A stretch of 64,000 bases of DNA, taken from positions 1,248,001 to 1,312,000 of the forward strand of contig CAVTRY010000011.1 in NCBI GenBank assembly GCA_963737265.1, read 5' to 3'. Positions 63,555 through 64,000 of this stretch are shown here, in pieces (position 1 is the stretch's first letter; every line of letters starts with the position of its first letter). The DNA is from an uncultured delta proteobacterium. GTDB taxonomy: Bacteria; Myxococcota_A; Polyangia; Fen-1088. The position numbers and the translations under genes are program-made. Under the pieces are notes generated by a model. That model was given only the letters and a program-made list of their open reading frames with translations, was not told the DNA's origin and ran no database searches.

Positions 63555-64000
63555 GTCGGGTCGGGGACCGGCGCGGTGGTGTACAGGACGCCCCTTGGCT
63601 GTCTCCGCCGTTTCCGGCTTCGTGCCCGTTTAGGGGTTCCATCACTCCGTCTCCGGCCCCCGCCACATCGAACCGGACAGGCGGATTTCCCGCATCACGG
63701 CTCACCGCGAAGGCTTCTTCCATCGGGGTTATGGGTCCGTTCAGCCAGGGCATGCTTTCGCGCTCCAGTACACCACGCGGTAGTCTCGAAAGAGGCCGCA
63801 CGTTCCGTACACCACGGCGCTCCTCCACCGCTTCCAGCCGAATCCCTCGCGCTTGCACTTCTTGGCCGCCAGTCGCCTCACCTTGCGTTCGACCTCGTAC
63901 TTGATTTTGCCGAACGCCGTCCCCGAGTTGCCGACACGAAAGTAGTTCACCCAACCCCGCAGGACGGAATTCACCTGCGCAACCGCCACTGGCATAGGCA
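63555..64000 (-). mobile_element. Group II intron, 3' part (end of IEP, domain V, extended domain VI)
   Basis: DV GAGCCGTGATGCGGGAAATCCGCCTGTCCGGTTC at 63703-63670 (AGC triad, GAAA loop); DVI closes with CCGGTCCCCGACCCGAC, 3' end near 63555. Confidence 0.9.
63741..64000 (-). CDS. ltrA: Group II intron reverse transcriptase/maturase, C-terminal part (runs off the window)
   Basis: VNSVLRGWVNYFR maturase thumb motif; no endonuclease domain before the stop. Confidence 0.9.
   Translation of the reverse strand, partial: PMPVAVAQVNSVLRGWVNYFRVGNSGTAFGKIKYEVERKVRRLAAKKCKREGFGWKRWRSAVVYGTCGLFRDYRVVYWSAKACPG

Overview
GC-rich, gene-dense window whose gene content (CarD/CdnL, sigma54-preceded type IV pilin, HDOD and FHA proteins, Cys-rich lipoproteins) suggests a Myxococcota/Polyangia-like deltaproteobacterium; this is an inference, no search was run. 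Housekeeping genes (ligA, nadB, pgsA, pabB-like, dusB, nifJ/PFOR, glgA with a GH57 branching enzyme) are interleaved with two accessory blocks. Block 1 (about 29.8-42.4 kb) holds two paralogous Ig-like surface lipoproteins that share an upstream motif but have swapped C-termini (4x Cys-rich repeat versus a VPVP/TM/Arg sorting signal). It also holds an exosortase plus partner membrane protein overlapping an EAL-CBS-GGDEF gene, and a PilZ-PilZ-GNAT-like / V4R-like-GAF-HD-GYP / methyltransferase cassette. Block 2 (about 58.4-64 kb, visibly more AT-rich) holds a disrupted neprosin-like protease, propeller lipoproteins, a solo IS3-like end and the 3' end of a group II intron. Also seen: two MITEs with different ends but a shared internal core, a 135-bp in-frame insertion in the PilZ gene, a pyruvate kinase 5' remnant, and a 13x GASE octapeptide repeat in the DUF4912 protein. 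Several single-base frameshifts suggest uncorrected assembly indels, so the pseudogene calls are tentative. No tRNA, rRNA or CRISPR array was recognised.
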